Source: an uncultured Methanomassiliicoccales archaeon
Lineage (GTDB): Archaea > Thermoplasmatota > Thermoplasmata > Methanomassiliicoccales > UBA472
Length of the DNA: 64,000 bases
Direction: 5' to 3'
Assembly: GCA_963732855.1 (NCBI GenBank)
Contig: CAVTBB010000002.1
Span: 439,733-503,732 of the forward strand
A model generated the notes under the pieces. The model was given only the letters and a program-made list of their open reading frames with translations. It did no database searches and was not told the origin of the DNA. The position numbers and the translations under genes are program-made. Below, one piece after another: positions 20,865 through 31,086 of this stretch; within the stretch, counting starts at the first letter, position 1; each line of letters begins with the position of its first letter.

Positions 20865-21770
20865 TCATTGCGTTACCTCCAACCCGATGCGCAGCGAGTC
20901 GAGGTTCGCGTACATTATCTGGAAATAATCCATGTGGGCGTGTGCACCGCTTCGGCCATGGAGCGCGTCCAGTACCAGAACCTGGCAGTGCGTCTCCCCG
21001 GCAATGGTCTGGATGACCGCGTCGTTATAGATCGGTTCAGCGTAAACATATTTCAGGCCGAAGGTCTGGATGTCCTTGGCCAGATTGGCCAGGTCACGGG
21101 CGCTCGGCTGGGCGTCGCCGCTGATGCCCACCGCCCCGTGGTCCACGAGGCCGTATCTCTTGGCCAGGTAGTTGAATCCCTCGTGGGTGGTGATGAAATC
21201 GTTCTTGGTACGGTTCTGAAGACCGATGATATAATCCTGATTCAATACGTCCAACCGGGAGCTAAGGTTGGCGGCGTTATCTTGATAGAAAGTGGCGTTA
21301 CTTGGGTCGTTCAAGACCAAAGCCTGAAGGATCTCCCCGACCTGGATCTTGGCGCTGATAGGGTCGATCCAGAAATGGGGGTCCTCTTGCCCGGTCTGGT
21401 CCACGCCAGCGCTGGTATCCACGATGGTAACACCTGCCTTCAGGTGAGGAATGAATGAGGTCAGCCAAGGTTCGAACCCGCCCCCGTTGTAGATGAAGAC
21501 GTCCGCATTGTGCACTTTGAATATATCGGAGGCTTTCGGTTCCCAGGAATGAGGTTCCGCGTTGTCGGGGATGAGCATATGGAGCTCTATCCGGTCCATG
21601 CCGATCTGGTCGGTGAAATAGTAGAGAGGGTAGAAGCTGGCCACCACCTCCAGCTTGCCAGAGTTGGTGGTCCCGGCGCTGGTCGTGAAAATGGCGAAGG
21701 AGCCCCCCAGCACTAGAATTGACGCCAATGTGATGGCGACCACACCACGATATTCCTCCGGGATTCCCAT
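20865..21770 (-). CDS. Zn/Mn ABC substrate-binding protein (ZnuA-like)
   Basis: VVASFYPL, EPHSWEP, DPHFWIDP, THEGFNY. Confidence 0.92.
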   Translation of the reverse strand: MGIPEEYRGVVAITLASILVLGGSFAIFTTSAGTTNSGKLEVVASFYPLYYFTDQIGMDRIELHMLIPDNAEPHSWEPKASDIFKVHNADVFIYNGGGFEPWLTSFIPHLKAGVTIVDTSAGVDQTGQEDPHFWIDPISAKIQVGEILQALVLNDPSNATFYQDNAANLSSRLDVLNQDYIIGLQNRTKNDFITTHEGFNYLAKRYGLVDHGAVGISGDAQPSARDLANLAKDIQTFGLKYVYAEPIYNDAVIQTIAGETHCQVLVLDALHGRSGAHAHMDYFQIMYANLDSLRIGLEVTQ

Positions 21771-21876
21771 GTCTCTCTGGGCAAGCGATTATTATTATTA
21801 AATATGAACTTTCCTATTAACAATGTCGTAAACTGTTTAAATAATGTTAACAATCTGTATCTTCTGAAGTGAGCTA

Positions 21877-22260
21877 ATGGTCGTTATCAGCATATCTCTC
21901 AACGAACAGAACGTGAAGGACCTCGATGCTATCCAGAAGGATCTCGGTTTCTCCGGACGTTCGGAAGCGGTCAGGACGGCGTTGAGGATGCTCGTTGCAG
22001 AACGCAACGAACGCAAGAAGATGGTAGGACAGGTCGACGGCGCGCTGATCATCGTCACGGAGATGGGATCGTCGGAATCCATCGACGAGATCTATCACAG
22101 GAACCAGGAAATGATCAAGACCCACATCCACAACCACGTTGGCGGCGATCGATGCATGAACCTCTTGATGATCGAGGGCGAGGCCAGCCGGGTCAACAAG
22201 ATCCTTGATCAGCTAGAACGTCTGGAAGGCGTCAGCTATCTCAAGTTCATTCAATCCTGA
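21877..22260 (+). CDS. NikR-family (CopG RHH + metal-binding ACT) regulator
   Basis: VISISL..GFSGRSEAVR RHH; HIHNH...C metal ligands; divergent from znuA. Confidence 0.88.
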   Translation: MVVISISLNEQNVKDLDAIQKDLGFSGRSEAVRTALRMLVAERNERKKMVGQVDGALIIVTEMGSSESIDEIYHRNQEMIKTHIHNHVGGDRCMNLLMIEGEASRVNKILDQLERLEGVSYLKFIQS

Positions 22261-23633
22261 GAGGGAGGGACCATCGGGTACCCCAGCTCCTTCCATGCGT
22301 TCGTGCCGCCGAGCATGTTCCACACATCGCTATAGCCGTTCTTATGCAGCAGTTCCGCCCCAGTGCTTCCCCGATAGCCTGAAGAGCAATAGATGACCAC
22401 AGGCTTGTCGCGAGGTATCTCATTCATACGGGATTCGACCGAACCGACGTGCACTAACTTCGATCCAGCGATCACCCCGGAGCGAAGCTCATGGAGGTTC
22501 CGGACATCGACGAGCGTGATGTCCTTCCCCGAATCGATCCATTCCTTGACCTTTGATGGTGTCGTCAACCGGGTCATTTCGACCGGGGCACCCGCCCGAC
22601 ACCACATGTCCATACCAACCCGCAGGTACCCTGGGATGTCATCGTACCCTATCCTGATGAGCGAGCGCACCGCTTCTTGCACTTGAGCTCTGTCCTCGAC
22701 CACCAACAATATCGGACGGTCATAGTCTAGAAGATAACCGCCATATTGTGAAAGTCCTTCCAGCCACAGGCTTATAGAACCCTGGATGTGTGCTCCGCCG
22801 AACGAATACGGCATCCGGATGTCCAGAACGGCCATGTTGCCTTTCATGGCCGACTGGAAATCCTTTACCGGCAAAGGCCGCGGCATGGGAATACGGGCTA
22901 GCAGGGGAGGCCCGTTAAGATTTATCTGCTCCATCTTGGTGAAGTAGGGGGGCCTCTCGATCCTCTCCTTCACCTTGCGGGCGATGAACTCCTCCCGGGT
23001 CAGCGAAAGCATCGGGTTGCTCTCCAGCTCGATGCCGATCGTAGTCTCTTCCATATCGGAGATGTTTCCCCCGCAGACTGATCCAGCTCCATGGCCTGGA
23101 TGGACAATGACGCCCATTCCCAGCGGGATGATCTTGTCGAACAGCGAGTCGAAGAGCATCGCAGATAGCTCCTCCCGGCGGTCCACGCCGGAAAGGTCGG
23201 TTCGGCCCACATCACCGGCAAATAGGGCATCCCCAGTAAAGACCGTGACTGGCTCGTCACCGGTGTTCAGGTCGGTCAGCGAGTAGCAGAAATGTTCGTA
23301 GGTGTGGCCAGGGGTGGCGATGGCCTTTATGCGGACATCCCCCAGCAGGAACTCCTGGCCATCGTGCAGGTTCCTGCCGTAGTTGAACGGGATCGCGCCC
23401 CCGTGGAATATCTCCGCCCCGGTCATGCTAGCCAATTCCAACGACCCGATGGCGTAGTCCTCGTTCCGGTGAGTTTCGAAGATGTACCGGATGCGCATCT
23501 CCTTTTCCGATGCAATTCGAAGGTACTCCTCACAATCGCGCCGGGGATCGATCACGCATGCCTCAGTTCCAGACCCGACAAAATAGGAGAGGTGCGCCAA
23601 ACCTTCAGACTTTACTTTGGCCACGAACATCAT
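22251..23633 (-). CDS. MBL-fold persulfide dioxygenase-like protein with two rhodanese domains
   Basis: ETHRNEDY, TPGHT, TGDALF.GDVGR, HGAGSVCG, YCSSGYRG. Confidence 0.9.
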   Translation of the reverse strand: MMFVAKVKSEGLAHLSYFVGSGTEACVIDPRRDCEEYLRIASEKEMRIRYIFETHRNEDYAIGSLELASMTGAEIFHGGAIPFNYGRNLHDGQEFLLGDVRIKAIATPGHTYEHFCYSLTDLNTGDEPVTVFTGDALFAGDVGRTDLSGVDRREELSAMLFDSLFDKIIPLGMGVIVHPGHGAGSVCGGNISDMEETTIGIELESNPMLSLTREEFIARKVKERIERPPYFTKMEQINLNGPPLLARIPMPRPLPVKDFQSAMKGNMAVLDIRMPYSFGGAHIQGSISLWLEGLSQYGGYLLDYDRPILLVVEDRAQVQEAVRSLIRIGYDDIPGYLRVGMDMWCRAGAPVEMTRLTTPSKVKEWIDSGKDITLVDVRNLHELRSGVIAGSKLVHVGSVESRMNEIPRDKPVVIYCSSGYRGSTGAELLHKNGYSDVWNMLGGTNAWKELGYPMVPPSQD

Positions 23634-23678
23634 GATCGGGCGTTACAATGCGAGGAGGTGCTTCAAAATGATTTCCGC

Positions 23679-24266
23679 TCACTTGACCAGAACGGGGCCG
23701 CCGGTCTTCTCAAGCTCCTCGATCCCTTCCTCGAGCATGTCGCGCGCGTCCCGATCCCAGTTCTCTGGGGTGACCAGGATAACGATGCCCTTGAACGACT
23801 GGAATGAGCCCGAGTTCACTATGGTGTCGCTGTTGGTCACCAGGACCGACAGGAACTTGACGTCAGGTTCGGCGAACTTCTGTTCGTAATATTCCCGGTA
23901 CCCATTCACCTGGGTGAAGAAGGTGCCCATCTTGGTCCCTTCCGATTTCTCATTGATCTGCTTGGTCTCGGTCACGATGACCAGGCCATCGCGGAACACG
24001 ACGAGGTCGGGAGTGTGCATGTCCAGCTCCTCCGGGCTGCCGCCCAGGAACGGGTTGATGTCAACGTACCAGTTTCGATCCAGTAGATCGAGCTCGAACT
24101 TCTTCCGGACCAGGGCCTCGTACACCCTGGACCTTGGCTGGATCATGTTCTTTTCCTTCTCATCCTTCGGGTCTAGCTGCCTGGGATAGGCTAAGTAGCG
24201 TAGTTTCAGCTCTTCGATCGCCCCTCGCAACAGCTTCTCTTCCATTCTACGGATCGTCAGCGCCAT
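23679..24266 (-). CDS. PD-(D/E)xK nuclease-fold protein
   Basis: TPDLVV...VTETKQ..., Q...Y motif. Confidence 0.55.
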   Translation of the reverse strand: MALTIRRMEEKLLRGAIEELKLRYLAYPRQLDPKDEKEKNMIQPRSRVYEALVRKKFELDLLDRNWYVDINPFLGGSPEELDMHTPDLVVFRDGLVIVTETKQINEKSEGTKMGTFFTQVNGYREYYEQKFAEPDVKFLSVLVTNSDTIVNSGSFQSFKGIVILVTPENWDRDARDMLEEGIEELEKTGGPVLVK

Positions 24267-24317
24267 GTGCCGTACCTTGTCTGATCGGTTGGAATAGGTT
24301 AGGAAAATGTTTGGTCG

Positions 24318-25274
24318 TTAGGTTGAGGGAACACAGACCGCGTTCACCTGGACCCCGCCGATGTTCGTCTCCAAGTGGGTAACGAAGTTACCAGCGGCCG
24401 GATAGTTGGTCGATGTCAGCGCTTTATCGCCCCCGATGAACCCGACCTTGCTGCCGACTTGGACCCCGCCGAGATTGGTGACCGAGTTGATCGCAGCCCC
24501 GATGTTGCCTTCGATGTCCATGTTCAGCGACACCCCGCCGGTGGCGGTGGTTCCGTACAGCGTTACTGTCTTGTCCATCGTTGTGGTCTGATTGAGGCGC
24601 AGTTCGACCCCGCCGGTCTTCGTCGTAGCATCTACCCTAATGTCCTGATCGACAAACGGGTCGTTCCATTCTAGGACGGATGCACCGACGTTCGTTGATA
24701 GGGATATATCGCCATGGAGGGAAACGCCGGAGGTGATGTGCAGTGTGACCGCCCCGGTATTCGCATTCAGGTTCACCTGGTCGAACGCGCTGGCATTGGT
24801 GGTATTGACATCGATGATACCAACGTTCGTCGACAGATCGAGCTTGGAACGCATCGAGTTGTCGATAATAACATCGCACCGAAGGTTAAGATTCGCCGCA
24901 CCCAATAATCTCTCCTTGACGCTTACCACGGCGTTCACGATGGCCGTGTCAGCCGACGTGCTGTGCACGAAATCGAGAGAGATCGAGTTGGGATCCATAA
25001 AGTAGCCGACCCCGCCTTTGGCCATCACATGCAGGCTGAGAGCTTGACCGGTGAGGTTAGTATAAATGACGCGCACCTCGCCGATATCTGTGCTCAATTT
25101 GAGGTCCATCTTGTTGACCCCGGCCTCCGAGGACACGACCCTGGACTCGTCAAAATTGACCGCCTTGACCGGAAGGAACAAGACCGCGGCGAACGCCAAC
25201 ACCACGACCAGAACGACGATCAGTACGATAACTGCGACTGCAAAGCTCCCCTTTTCATCGGAAATCTTGGACAT
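24318..25274 (-). CDS. Membrane-anchored beta-repeat adhesin-like protein (DUF4097-like)
   Basis: N-terminal TM after KGSF, repeated LSTxxGxV/TNVG units. Confidence 0.65.
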   Translation of the reverse strand: MSKISDEKGSFAVAVIVLIVVLVVVLAFAAVLFLPVKAVNFDESRVVSSEAGVNKMDLKLSTDIGEVRVIYTNLTGQALSLHVMAKGGVGYFMDPNSISLDFVHSTSADTAIVNAVVSVKERLLGAANLNLRCDVIIDNSMRSKLDLSTNVGIIDVNTTNASAFDQVNLNANTGAVTLHITSGVSLHGDISLSTNVGASVLEWNDPFVDQDIRVDATTKTGGVELRLNQTTTMDKTVTLYGTTATGGVSLNMDIEGNIGAAINSVTNLGGVQVGSKVGFIGGDKALTSTNYPAAGNFVTHLETNIGGVQVNAVCVPST

Positions 25275-25803
25275 ATTATCTCCCCTTTTCTTGACCGACC
25301 CATCCATTGCCTGGCCAGGCGGCGACAAGAAAATGGATTTCAATATATTAAGATGTGGCATAACGCCGAGGCGTCCCCCCCTGAACGTATGCAACGTAAC
25401 GATCGCCACGATCTTTTATTCCCAGGCATGAGGCCGAGCATCCCGGTCTCGACCTGTTCTCGCTTCCCTCAAAATGCTCCTCGGGATGTGTACTGAGCAA
25501 GGATAAGGCGCTAATCAGCGACGTTGCGGTCATGACATAATGCAGGGCAACTAAACTGTGGACGCCTAGCCTGTTTAGAAATCCATTACCATGGATTATG
25601 GTAGATGCCAGGGAGGGTGCTCATATGAATGCGAGAGCCCCCACCCATCAACCGCCCTTCAGGATATTTCTAGACGCAAAAAGGCAACCTTTGTGTGCTT
25701 ATTCTAAGTGAGATCAGATCAAGATCCTATAACAAGATCCTGCGAACAGGTACCCAAGATAACATATTCATGAACTACATCGGGAAACCGATCGGTGTTC
25801 AAA

Positions 25804-25986
25804 ATGAAGTCGATAAAGTGCGAATGCAACTATATGCTGACCGATAAGGAAGTTAACGATACCTTCGACGAACCGGAGAACAACCGATTCGTTCACATCG
25901 TCGAATGCCCCAAATGCGGAAAGATCAAGGCCTATTTCGAGGATAAGACCCCTGAACCTGAGACATCCGAAGAAAAGAAAGAGTGA
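25804..25986 (+). CDS. Small zinc-finger protein
   Basis: CEC...CPKCG, 60 aa. Confidence 0.55.
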   Translation: MKSIKCECNYMLTDKEVNDTFDEPENNRFVHIVECPKCGKIKAYFEDKTPEPETSEEKKE

Positions 25987-26391
25987 ACCATGACGATCGA
26001 CCAGGAACGTGTTTTAGCCTGTTCCTAGTCGTTCATCAAAGGCATCTTTAGACCCGACGGTCGGTTTTGTACAATTGCATTGGATATTGTTATCATGATA
26101 AGGGTTCTTGGAGGTCTTAAATGCCCTTAGGAATGCTCCAATGGAACAAAATTGGCCCTCATTCTGACCACGGTTTTGCTTCTGGAACACATGTTCACCT
26201 ATTAACGCTGATCCTTGGTTGTCCTGGTAAGCAGCCTATCAGATCCAGGGACCTGAGGTACTTCTGATTTCATGGTGCCACTTATGCCACGATGGCGCTC
26301 ATCAAATTGTCAGATGTGATCAAATGTGTAATTATCGGTGGACAAAATACTAATATGGTGGCGTGGAAAACGATGGATATACGGGAATGAA

Positions 26392-26604
26392 ATGAAGAAG
26401 AAAAGGTCCGTTTTAGAAGAGAAGGATCAAGGGGCACCGCCCCCTCTCTTCCTATGCCAAGATAGACAGTGCTCCAGCCCGATGATGAGAGCCTATGGAG
26501 CTGAAATGTCCCTTGCACCCGAGGAACATGGGGAATCGGAGGATCTGAGGGAACACATCCCTGTAAAGAAAAAGGTGCATCCGGACCGATTAGAGGGCCA
26601 TTAA
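26392..26604 (+). CDS. Hypothetical small protein
   Basis: Open frame with a plausible ATG and hydrophilic composition; no family recognised. Confidence 0.3.
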   Translation: MKKKRSVLEEKDQGAPPPLFLCQDRQCSSPMMRAYGAEMSLAPEEHGESEDLREHIPVKKKVHPDRLEGH

Positions 26605-26710
26605 CCGCCCTATAACGAAATGCGGTCGATATTCGTGGTTCCTGCAACTCGATCGGGACAGTAATTATTTGGTCTCGACCGTCCTTTGCGGATGAATAGG
26701 TGTTTCGTTC

Positions 26711-28489
26711 ATGAACGACATCAAATGGGACCTTTCTCAGCTTGTCAAGAGCACGGATCGATCAGATATCGTCAAGGAACTCGATGCTCTGGTAGAAGAG
26801 GCAGGAAAAAAAGCTGCGGAATACCGTGGCAAGATCAAGTCTCTGGACGCAGAAGGCTTGAAGAAACTTTTCGAAGAAAGAGAACAGATGCAGTTGCGCT
26901 ACGAGGGGGCGATCATGTACAGCCGCCTGCGATATTCGGCGGACACCACCGATGTCGTCTCGAAGCAACTCAATGACGCCGTCAGTAAGGCCGGAACCAA
27001 GGTAGGGCAGCAGCTCGCCTTCGTCGACATCGAGCTGAGCTTCTTGTTAAAGCAGAAACCGGGTCTGGTGAAGGATCCGATCCTGGCCGAGTTCAAGCAC
27101 GCGCTGGATCGTACGCTCAGGGCGGCCCCTTACCTGCTCTCCGAGACGGAAGAGCAGATCATCATGTCAAAGGACCAGAACGGGGCACACGCCTGGTCGC
27201 AGCTGCAGAGAGAATGGCTGAGCACCAGGACCTTCCCGATCGAAGTAGAAGGCAAAAGGAAAAGGCTGCCATATGGACAGATCATCGGTCTATACGGGTC
27301 ACCGGACAGGAAGCTCAGGCGGGACGCTAACCGTGTGGTCTATGGGAAGCTCGGAAAGGACGAGATCATCTGGTCGTCCGCCTTGCGTTCGATCTGCGAC
27401 GACCACCTGCAGAACTGTGACCTGAGGAAGTATCCCACGCCAGAGACGTCCAGCCTTATCTACAACGACATTGAGCCGGAAGCGATCGAGGCTCTGATGA
27501 CCACGATGAAGGACAACGTCGGGGTGTACCGCAAGTACCTGAAGCTCAAGGCAAAGATGATGGACCTGGACCGCCTGGGCAACTGGGACATCATGGCCCC
27601 GCTGCCTAAGGCGCCCAAGATGACCTTCACCTGGGACCAGGCGCATTCCACCGTCGTCAAGGCATACGGCGGGTTCGATCCCCAGCTCGGGGAATGGTCG
27701 GAGGACATGTACCAGAAGCAGCACATCGACGCAGCCATCCGTCCAGGAAAGGTAAGCGGCGCGTTCTGCCAGGATTGGTATGGTGGGAAATCGGCCTTCG
27801 TCCTGCAGAGCTTCAATGGACGCCTTGACGATGTGTACACGCAGGCACATGAGATGGGGCATTCGATGCACGCCTACCTCACGTCAAGGTCGCAGCGGGT
27901 CACCAACACGGCGATCAGCTTTTGCATAGCGGAATGCGGTTCGATCTTCGGAGAGCTGCTCCTGACCGACCACCTGATAGGCAATGCCAAGGATGTCAAG
28001 GAGAAGCAGGCCGTGCTCACTCAGGTGATGGACGGGTTTGGCCAGGCTGCGTTCCAGGTGAGCGCCCGGTACTTCTTCGAGAAGAGCCTGTACCAAGCGA
28101 TCCGGGACGGGAAGTACCTGGATGGGGAGACCATATCCGCATTGTGGGTAAGGGCGCGCGATGACGTCTATGGCGATGCGGTGGAATGGCTGCCGGAGAT
28201 GAAGTGGGAGTGGACGATGAAGATGCACTACTACATCCCCGAGCTTAGATACTACAATTATCCCTACGTCTTCGCCCAGCTGTTCGTGTTCTCCATGTAC
28301 CGGCTGTACCAGGAGCAGGGGAAGGCCTTCGTCCCCAAGTTCAAGGGACTCCTCTCGGCCGGATCGAGCCGTTCGGCGGCAGAACTGGCCTCAGGGCTCG
28401 GATTCGACATCGGGAAAGAAGCTTCATGGCAGAAGGGGATAGCCCAGGCAGAGACGTTCATCGATGAATTGGAGGGAACGCTCAAATAG
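26711..28489 (+). CDS. pepF: Oligoendopeptidase F (M3B)
   Basis: WDLSQL, GKVSGAFC, HEMGH, AECGSIFGE, HYY..YYNYPYVFAQL. Confidence 0.93.
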   Translation: MNDIKWDLSQLVKSTDRSDIVKELDALVEEAGKKAAEYRGKIKSLDAEGLKKLFEEREQMQLRYEGAIMYSRLRYSADTTDVVSKQLNDAVSKAGTKVGQQLAFVDIELSFLLKQKPGLVKDPILAEFKHALDRTLRAAPYLLSETEEQIIMSKDQNGAHAWSQLQREWLSTRTFPIEVEGKRKRLPYGQIIGLYGSPDRKLRRDANRVVYGKLGKDEIIWSSALRSICDDHLQNCDLRKYPTPETSSLIYNDIEPEAIEALMTTMKDNVGVYRKYLKLKAKMMDLDRLGNWDIMAPLPKAPKMTFTWDQAHSTVVKAYGGFDPQLGEWSEDMYQKQHIDAAIRPGKVSGAFCQDWYGGKSAFVLQSFNGRLDDVYTQAHEMGHSMHAYLTSRSQRVTNTAISFCIAECGSIFGELLLTDHLIGNAKDVKEKQAVLTQVMDGFGQAAFQVSARYFFEKSLYQAIRDGKYLDGETISALWVRARDDVYGDAVEWLPEMKWEWTMKMHYYIPELRYYNYPYVFAQLFVFSMYRLYQEQGKAFVPKFKGLLSAGSSRSAAELASGLGFDIGKEASWQKGIAQAETFIDELEGTLK

Positions 28490-28708
28490 AACGGCCTTGT
28501 AGAACAAGTGCCGCCGGACCGCGTCCGGCATCAAACTATTTTCCATCTGGTGTCAGGAGAGGACTTCGGAATCCCGCAAAGATGGCGGCAATTATCTCCT
28601 GCAATTCGCCGCTGATTAAAATCAATTTAAATACTAGTACATTATTGGTGTAATTATCCCAAGAGTCGTTTCACGGTTTTTGAGATATAAACAAACAAGG
28701 TAGTAAAA

Positions 28709-28891
28709 ATGTACGGTGGTAACAGAGGCAACAGCTATGGACGCCCAAGGAATGACGGACCGCGCGAGATGCACAACGTGAAGTGCAGCGACTGCGGAGC
28801 CGAGACCCAAGTCCCGTTCAAACCGACCGAGGGAAGGCCGGTTTATTGCAGGGACTGCTTCCAGAAGCACAAGCCAAAGGACAGGTTCTAA
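28709..28891 (+). CDS. CxxC-x17-CxxC domain protein
   Basis: REMHNVKCSDCG..TQVPFKPTEGRPVYCRDCF. Confidence 0.93.
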   Translation: MYGGNRGNSYGRPRNDGPREMHNVKCSDCGAETQVPFKPTEGRPVYCRDCFQKHKPKDRF

Positions 28892-28940
28892 ACCTGTTCT
28901 AAAAAATATTTCAAAAACCATTATCAAAAGGCAAAATCAG

Positions 28941-28980
28941 TCTGCCTTGTCCTCGAAAGGGGGCAGGGTTCTTTTTCTCA
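28941..28980 (+). terminator. Hairpin plus T-tract terminator
   Basis: CTGCC..CCTCGAAAGGGGGCAG followed by TTCTTTTTCT. Confidence 0.45.
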
Positions 28981-29089
28981 TTCAATGTTTCTACAATACT
29001 GGGCAGTCTATTAAACTCCATTTAAGAAAATTATCGTTGAGGTTAATCTCTAATATCGGCCGATGCCAATCGACATTCCAAGGTGTTTT

Positions 29090-29807
29090 ATGGCGACGGA
29101 CAGAATTGCAGTGGTGACCGGTGCCACCGGTTCTCTGGGAAGTTCGGTGACCAAGGAGTTGCTCTCCCATGGGATCCATGTTGTCGGGATCTACCGGAAG
29201 GATGTGTCCCTGGAATCATTACGATCGGAACTGGGTTCAATGGTTTCTGATCTCGAGGCTCGGAAGGCCGACGTTACGGACGAGTCCGGGGTCGCCGAAC
29301 TGTTCGAAGCGGTCAGGAAGGAGCACGGCCGCATCGATATTCTGGTGAACATCGTGGGGGCATATGAAGGAGGGAAGGAGATCTGTGAACACTTCCCTGG
29401 AGGAATGGGACAATATGATGAACGTCAACCTCCGTTCAGCCTTCCTGTGCTGCCGCGCCGTCCTGCCCATTATGATCGAGCGCAACTACGGCAAGATCGT
29501 CAACATCGCGGCGCGTCCAGCGCTCGAGAAGAGATACAGGGCCAGATCAGGTGCCTATTCGGTCTCGAAGGCCGGGGTCCTAGTCCTCACCGAGACCATT
29601 GCTGAGGAGGTCAAGAAGCTGGACATCAACGTGAACGCCGTCCTGCCCAGCACTATCGACACCTTGGAGAACCGCATGAAGATGCCCCAGGCTGATTTCT
29701 CCAAGTGGGTGCCGCCGGCCGAGATCGCCACCGTGATCATGGGGCTGGTCTCGGACTGCATGAGACCGGTCAGGGGTTCGGCCGTGACCGTATACGGGAA
29801 AGCGTAG
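29090..29807 (+). CDS. SDR oxidoreductase, frameshift near 29385
   Basis: VVTGATGSLG, YSVSK, NAVLPSTIDT. Confidence 0.88.
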
Positions 29808-29831
29808 ACCGCACCTTGGCGCTGTTCACTA

Positions 29832-31082
29832 TCATGGACCAGGGTTGGGTCCTTTCGGGGGCTGGGGCTGTTCGTAAGGCTGGTACTGCTGGGGCGGAGG
29901 CGCCTGATATGGGTTTTGGGGGTACTGAGGCGGAGGGCTTTGAGGCGGTATTTCTCCTTCTCCACCCATCGCCTTCCGCTGACGGCGTCTTTCCCGGAGG
30001 GCTTTGTCATCCACCGGCATGAATCCGTTCTCCTTCCAGTCCTTGCGATAGACGAGAGCCTCCACCGCCCAGTAGATGCCCCACAATGCCGCCCCGATGA
30101 TGAACAGCCAGAGCAATAGCTCGAAGTTCAGGTTGAGATGGATGTTCATTTGACCCATGTCGATCGTGGCATTGATGTGGCCGCCTAGCGCAGCATAGAA
30201 TATCCAGATGCAGATCAATGCAACGATCACTAGCGCGAACGTCAGCCTGGAGACCGATCCTTTCGGGTAGAACCCTTTGAAGAACGACAGGACCGCTATC
30301 GGCAGACCGATGAGGAGCAGCAGCGTGCTTAGGCGTTCGAGCGTGGCCGAACCTAACCCAAACAGGCCATCGGCATTCCCTCCCGCCTGTCCGATCAGCC
30401 CCTCCACCGCCCCCTGGGTCGATTGGATGACGGCTCCCAGGATTGCGATGAAGATGAGCGGGAAGATCACGAACTTGATGAGGGCTTTGCTCGCCTCGGT
30501 CATTCCCGCAAGGAATCTCCCGTAGCGCGGACGGAAATCATGCCAGAACCGGTGATTGGCCAAATCCTCTGTCGGCCTCGGTTTAGGCGGTATGACCCCC
30601 GGGTAAGTTCGGGCCAGTCGTTCCAGGAAGGGACGGCGGAAATCTATGAACTCCGCCAGCTTGGATAGTGATTTGAAGACTATGTACAGGGTCAGCAGCC
30701 AAAGCACCAGGTCCAGCTTGAACGGGATTCCGGCGTCGGCGAGGGCCACACTCATTTGGCCGCCCATCTCGAAAGACCAGACGATCAGGACGTAGAACGG
30801 CACCATGGCCAGGTCGAAGGTCAGCCGGGAGTAGGATCCCTTCGGATAGAAGCCTTTGAAAGCCGCTATTACCGAAAGCGCGGCGCCGAAAATGATGATG
30901 TAGAACTTGTAATCCTCGATGAGCTGGGCCAGGCGATCCGTGGAACTCGAGCTGAACCCGGAGATCACCGATCCGATTATCAGGAAGAGGACCAGCGGCA
31001 GGATTATGAACTGAACGACCGCCGAGGCAGCCGATTTCAACGCGTCCTCGAGCGAACCGAGTTCCAGCTTGAACTCGTTCAT
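29832..31082 (-). CDS. Multi-pass membrane protein with internal duplication and P/Q-rich tail
   Basis: FKGFYPKGS.SRLTF occurs twice; about 8 TM segments. Confidence 0.8.
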   Translation of the reverse strand: MNEFKLELGSLEDALKSAASAVVQFIILPLVLFLIIGSVISGFSSSSTDRLAQLIEDYKFYIIIFGAALSVIAAFKGFYPKGSYSRLTFDLAMVPFYVLIVWSFEMGGQMSVALADAGIPFKLDLVLWLLTLYIVFKSLSKLAEFIDFRRPFLERLARTYPGVIPPKPRPTEDLANHRFWHDFRPRYGRFLAGMTEASKALIKFVIFPLIFIAILGAVIQSTQGAVEGLIGQAGGNADGLFGLGSATLERLSTLLLLIGLPIAVLSFFKGFYPKGSVSRLTFALVIVALICIWIFYAALGGHINATIDMGQMNIHLNLNFELLLWLFIIGAALWGIYWAVEALVYRKDWKENGFMPVDDKALRERRRQRKAMGGEGEIPPQSPPPQYPQNPYQAPPPQQYQPYEQPQPPKGPNPGP

Positions 31083-31086
31083 GTTA

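Noticed and set aside
25350-26330. Possible RNA gene or gene remnants in intergenic gaps
   Set aside because: No tRNA cloverleaf or known ncRNA signature and no supportable protein similarity.
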